This document shows positions 60,173-64,000 of a DNA stretch of 64,000 nt, piece by piece. The DNA is taken from NCBI GenBank assembly GCA_907165135.1, contig OU015567.1, positions 2,728,001 through 2,792,000 on the forward strand, written 5' to 3'. The notes below the pieces were generated by a model. That model saw nothing but the letters and a program-made list of their open reading frames with translations, was not told where the DNA came from and did no database searches. Positions within the stretch are counted from its first letter, which is position 1. Each line of letters begins with the position of its first letter. Origin of the DNA: Oikopleura dioica. Its lineage: Eukaryota > Animalia > Chordata. The position numbers and the translations under genes are program-made.

Positions 60173-63100
60173 ATGTCGGAAGACAACTCTCCAACTTCCA
60201 CCCGACCGGAATTGCGACAAATGGACAGTACAATCAGCACGGATTCATGCATTTACACGCAGACGGGAACGCACGAGTCTGAAAGGGACACTTCTGAACC
60301 CCCCTCGCGAACATGGTAAGCTAAAAGTGCTAGAATAGAACATCGAGAACGATTTTGTAAATCTAGCATTTCTGAAATAAATGGAAACAGCGTAGCGTCA
60401 TCGACTGCGGAAGAAGAATCGACGACGTCGCTGCGAAGTGCGTCTGCGTCAACGCATGTCAAGACGAAAAAACCAAAGTTTAAGCTCTTCGACAAAAGAA
60501 AACTCTCTTATTTGAGCTTTAGGAAGAATAAATGTAAGTAAAAACTTAGTTTGCAGATGTCATCTGATCTCTTAAGTCTTTAAAGATGTCCATGAATGTC
60601 TTTAATGTCTAAAGATCTCTATAGATGTCTGTTAATATCTTAAGATGTCGACAAAGATGTCCAAGAATATAATATCCGATATGGATGTCATCATAATATC
60701 CAACCTTATTTCAATTTTTAGCCAAAAAGAATGAGTAAAATGTCCATAAAAAACATTCTTCGCACCACTTCTACAAGGAACTCTGCTACTAGAATAACTC
60801 TAATTCATTCTACCGCTGTACATTTTCAATAACCAAAAAGACAACTCTTCGCTCGTACTCAAGACAACTTTACTCCAAGTTCATCAAGAAAAAGTATTCT
60901 TTTCACCTCTCAAAGTTAATTATTGTGCAATCTGCTGTAAAATATATTTTATTACATAACTCTTACTAGCGCCAGTATTGATAAAATCAAGTCAAACTAT
61001 CTTCAAGGTTCATTTTTTAAAAGAAATCTAAGCATCGTCGCCAAAAAATCCTCTCGCCAAGCATGAACTTCTTTTTCAATTGAATAAATTCTGGGTTCAG
61101 CAACCTGTGCAAAAACCTGAGCCAGGGTTTGTGAATCAAGCGGCTTCGCCAATAATAATTTGAAAAACCTCTGGCAGAACCCTGAGTAAGGTTTCGCCAT
61201 AGGTTGTCGAGGACAGCATAAATGATGAAAGCAAAAATAAAACTAGTCAAAGTAATCTACTGTCTCTCACACTGTATGAGCCATTTCTTCTGCTCTATTC
61301 CATATAAAAATAAAATCGTATATCAAAAACAATTGTTGATCAAAAATTCACTCGAGGATTTAATTGTCAATTAATTACCGCCGCCATTGAGACTCCAATG
61401 AGTCGAGCGGCAGTATCAGTATTGATCTGGAAGAAAGGGATGAAGGATCAATACCGTGCACATTTGAATTCAAAAATCGATCGCGCAGAAACGAGCCACA
61501 AGTCTAACGTGATATCACTCTGCCAACGATTTTCCCCTTCAAATTAGCGTACAGTTAGTTGAAGCACTATTCCCCCGCAAAACGAATTGAGACTTTATTG
61601 AAATAACGGGTTCGGAACCGATTCTTTGAGAGATGGAAGTGATTGAGGAAGTCGAAATCGTGAACTCTGAGAATTATCACGCGAATCATGAAAACCAGCA
61701 GAATCAGAATATTGAGAACATGGCAAATGAAAGAAGCAGCATGGATGATCTGCATTCATGGTAAGTGGATCATTTAATTGAATTATTCATCGTTTGATCC
61801 TCCTGATTTTTTCGCGTCGAGATGTTTCCATATGTCTGTAGATCTACTCATCTTGACAACTAACTTTAGATGTATTGAGATTACCAAAGATGTCTAAAAT
61901 TTAGTAAAGTATTGAGTTAAATATTTAGTTTGTATCCAGATGTCTGTTGAATTGTCGAGTTATTATAAATTTGTCTCAAATTGTCAATTCTAGTGCGTTA
62001 AAAACCAATTCACCAGATCAAATTCGCAGCAATCTCGACGCCAATCCCTCCCCATCCAATTCAAGCAATAACCCTCCATTACCAAACAGCGAATACGCAA
62101 AAGATTGCGAGGACAGCTCATCACTTGTTGAAGCTTCACTTTCGAAATTGGCACTAGACGAAATTGCAAGTCCCCTTGAGACCAGCACGCGTGAGCTCTC
62201 CCAACAAGGTTTGTTATATTTTTGCAGCGACTTAATTATTTATTTCCCTGTTTCTCTTCAATTTGAGTTGGTGTTTCCTTTCTCAACTAACCTAACTTTT
62301 TAAATACAGATGATCTTGATAAGAACACTCTCAACACGCCAACTGCGGAGGAATCGGAGTTTCGAAAGCCAGCAGACTTCAGCAATACTTGCAGTACGCT
62401 CCGTACTCCCGTCAGTAGCCTACCTTCAGTAAGCAATAACAATTCGCTGAACTCAAGTGCGCTTGGAAGCCCTCATCTTCCGAATCCGCCTCAAATAAAT
62501 GCCAGTTCAAAGTTGAATCCAGATAGTTTGCCATTTTGTCCACAGATGCTACCTCCTCATCTTGCCCAGCAACAAGCGCTTTATCAGCAGCAGCTTATAC
62601 AGGTAATAAACCCACGTTTTTATTTTCCAGAACTAAAAATTTTATTAGGCTTTACAAATGCAGAACCATTTTCAAGGGCAGTTTCGAGGGCAAGTCCAGG
62701 GTTTTCCACAGCGACTTCCGCCTCAGCTTATTGCTCAGATACCCCAACAACATATTCCTCCTCATGCGGCGCGGCCTGGGCCTTCCAACGGACATGAAAT
62801 GGGTGGAAATTCAGATCCTCGAGAATCAAGCCATATTCCACCGCCGCCTCTCCGACTTTGGAATAGCCCAAACACTCAAGGTCCCCCTGTTCTTCCTCAT
62901 GGATTCCCGAGCGCGCAGCATCCAGACCCCCAATTCCCTCCTCCTCACTCTCGAAACGGACCACAGTCTAACCCAAACTCAAGTAGGCAACAGTTTCAGC
63001 GGCCAATTCCGGACATTCCACCGCCTCTGCCGACCCAAGACCAGCTCGATCAAATGCATCATCAGATGCACAAACGGCCAAACAAGCAACTACATCCGCT

Positions 63101-64000
63101 TAATCCACCCCATCATCAAATGCATCCCGATAACCCACCGCACGATCCAAGCAGTCGACTTTTAGTGCAGCGAGAAGAGCGAGACTCTTCCTATCAATCA
63201 AATCACCAGCGCCAAAGCTCAGATGAGGATCATCAAAGAGCCATAGAAAGTAATCAGAAATACGAAGCTCTTTTCAAAGCTCTCGGAGAGGCGAGCCAAA
63301 AGCACAATCAGCAATCAGAAATTGGTCAACATCAACATCAGCCTTCTTCGAAACCAGATCAACAGCTCGCTGACGATTGTCCTTGGCAACGAAGAAGTTC
63401 AAATCAAAGTTCTAGTCAGTCACAGCAAAAACATCAACCTTTTCAAAATCCTCCAGATCAGAAAATGCAGCTCCCACCGCCTCCGATCCAAGAGCGAGTC
63501 ATTCCACAAGTTCCCGGACCTTGCGATCCTGAAGACCTAATCGACGGTGTCCTCTTTTCGTCGAATTATCTCGGATCAACCCAGCTTAAAGTCGATAAGA
63601 ATTCGACGAAAACCGCTAGAATGATGCAAGCGCAAGAGGCAATGACCAGGGTCAAAGGTAATCGACTTCATGAATCAAGAATTTCAAATTATTTTTAGCC
63701 CCTGCAGGAGAAAGCCAGCCAAGTGTAGAAGTAGATCTCTTCGCGTCAACAAGCAAAATCAAGATTTTGAACGCGAAAACTCAAGAAGTAATCATGGAAC
63801 ATCCGTTGAGGAGTATTAGCTACATAGGAAATGGATCAAAAAACGGGCCGACTTCTCAATTTTTCTGCCGATAATTGTGGCCATAAGATCTTTTCATTTT
63901 CGCTCATAAATCTTTTTGTCTGTTAATTGAACCATTCAAAAGCCGATATCGGCGACATACTCGTCCTCATTGCCAAGCGAAAAGATGTGGAAGAAAGCGA
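60173..64000 (+). CDS. APBA: APBA/Mint/X11/LIN-10 adaptor, partial (runs off window); attachment of the 60173-60535 exons is tentative
   Basis: [40 protein letters not shown]|[36 protein letters not shown]|[13 protein letters not shown] is a Mint PTB domain, preceded by a long Pro/Gln/His-rich region. Confidence 0.92.

Overview
Compact, AT-rich animal genomic DNA with many 35-60 bp introns and fast-evolving proteins. This is most consistent with a larvacean tunicate such as Oikopleura (inference from gene architecture, not a database match). Recognisable genes in order: a CHST-type carbohydrate sulfotransferase; a tandem pair of EGF-EGF-PAN-TM genes; eEF2K-like alpha-kinase; GH31 alpha-glucosidase with trefoil domain; a claudin/PMP22-like gene; secreted Cys-rich and Thr-rich orphans; a RasGEF; a poly-Thr/C-type-lectin/CUB protein; 4E-BP; two tandem EGF-repeat genes; an Lcp/MpaB (DUF2236) haem-oxygenase-like gene; a tetraspanin; STIM; and the 5' part of APBA/Mint/X11. 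No transposase is visible, but about ten non-autonomous DNA elements are present, several with exact TSDs. Two interrupt coding exons. (1) A 968-bp MULE-like element (10-bp TSD) sits in the claudin-like gene, and its symmetric TIRs carry GT/AG sites whose use would leave exactly 39 nt in frame, making it a candidate self-intronising transposon. (2) A 2.7-kb hAT-like element (8-bp TSD) truncates EGF gene copy 1 and carries about 26.7 apparently identical 56-bp repeats, each with a perfect GAA-triloop hairpin, just downstream of a G-quadruplex motif. Exon boundaries were read by eye; several gene ends are approximate.
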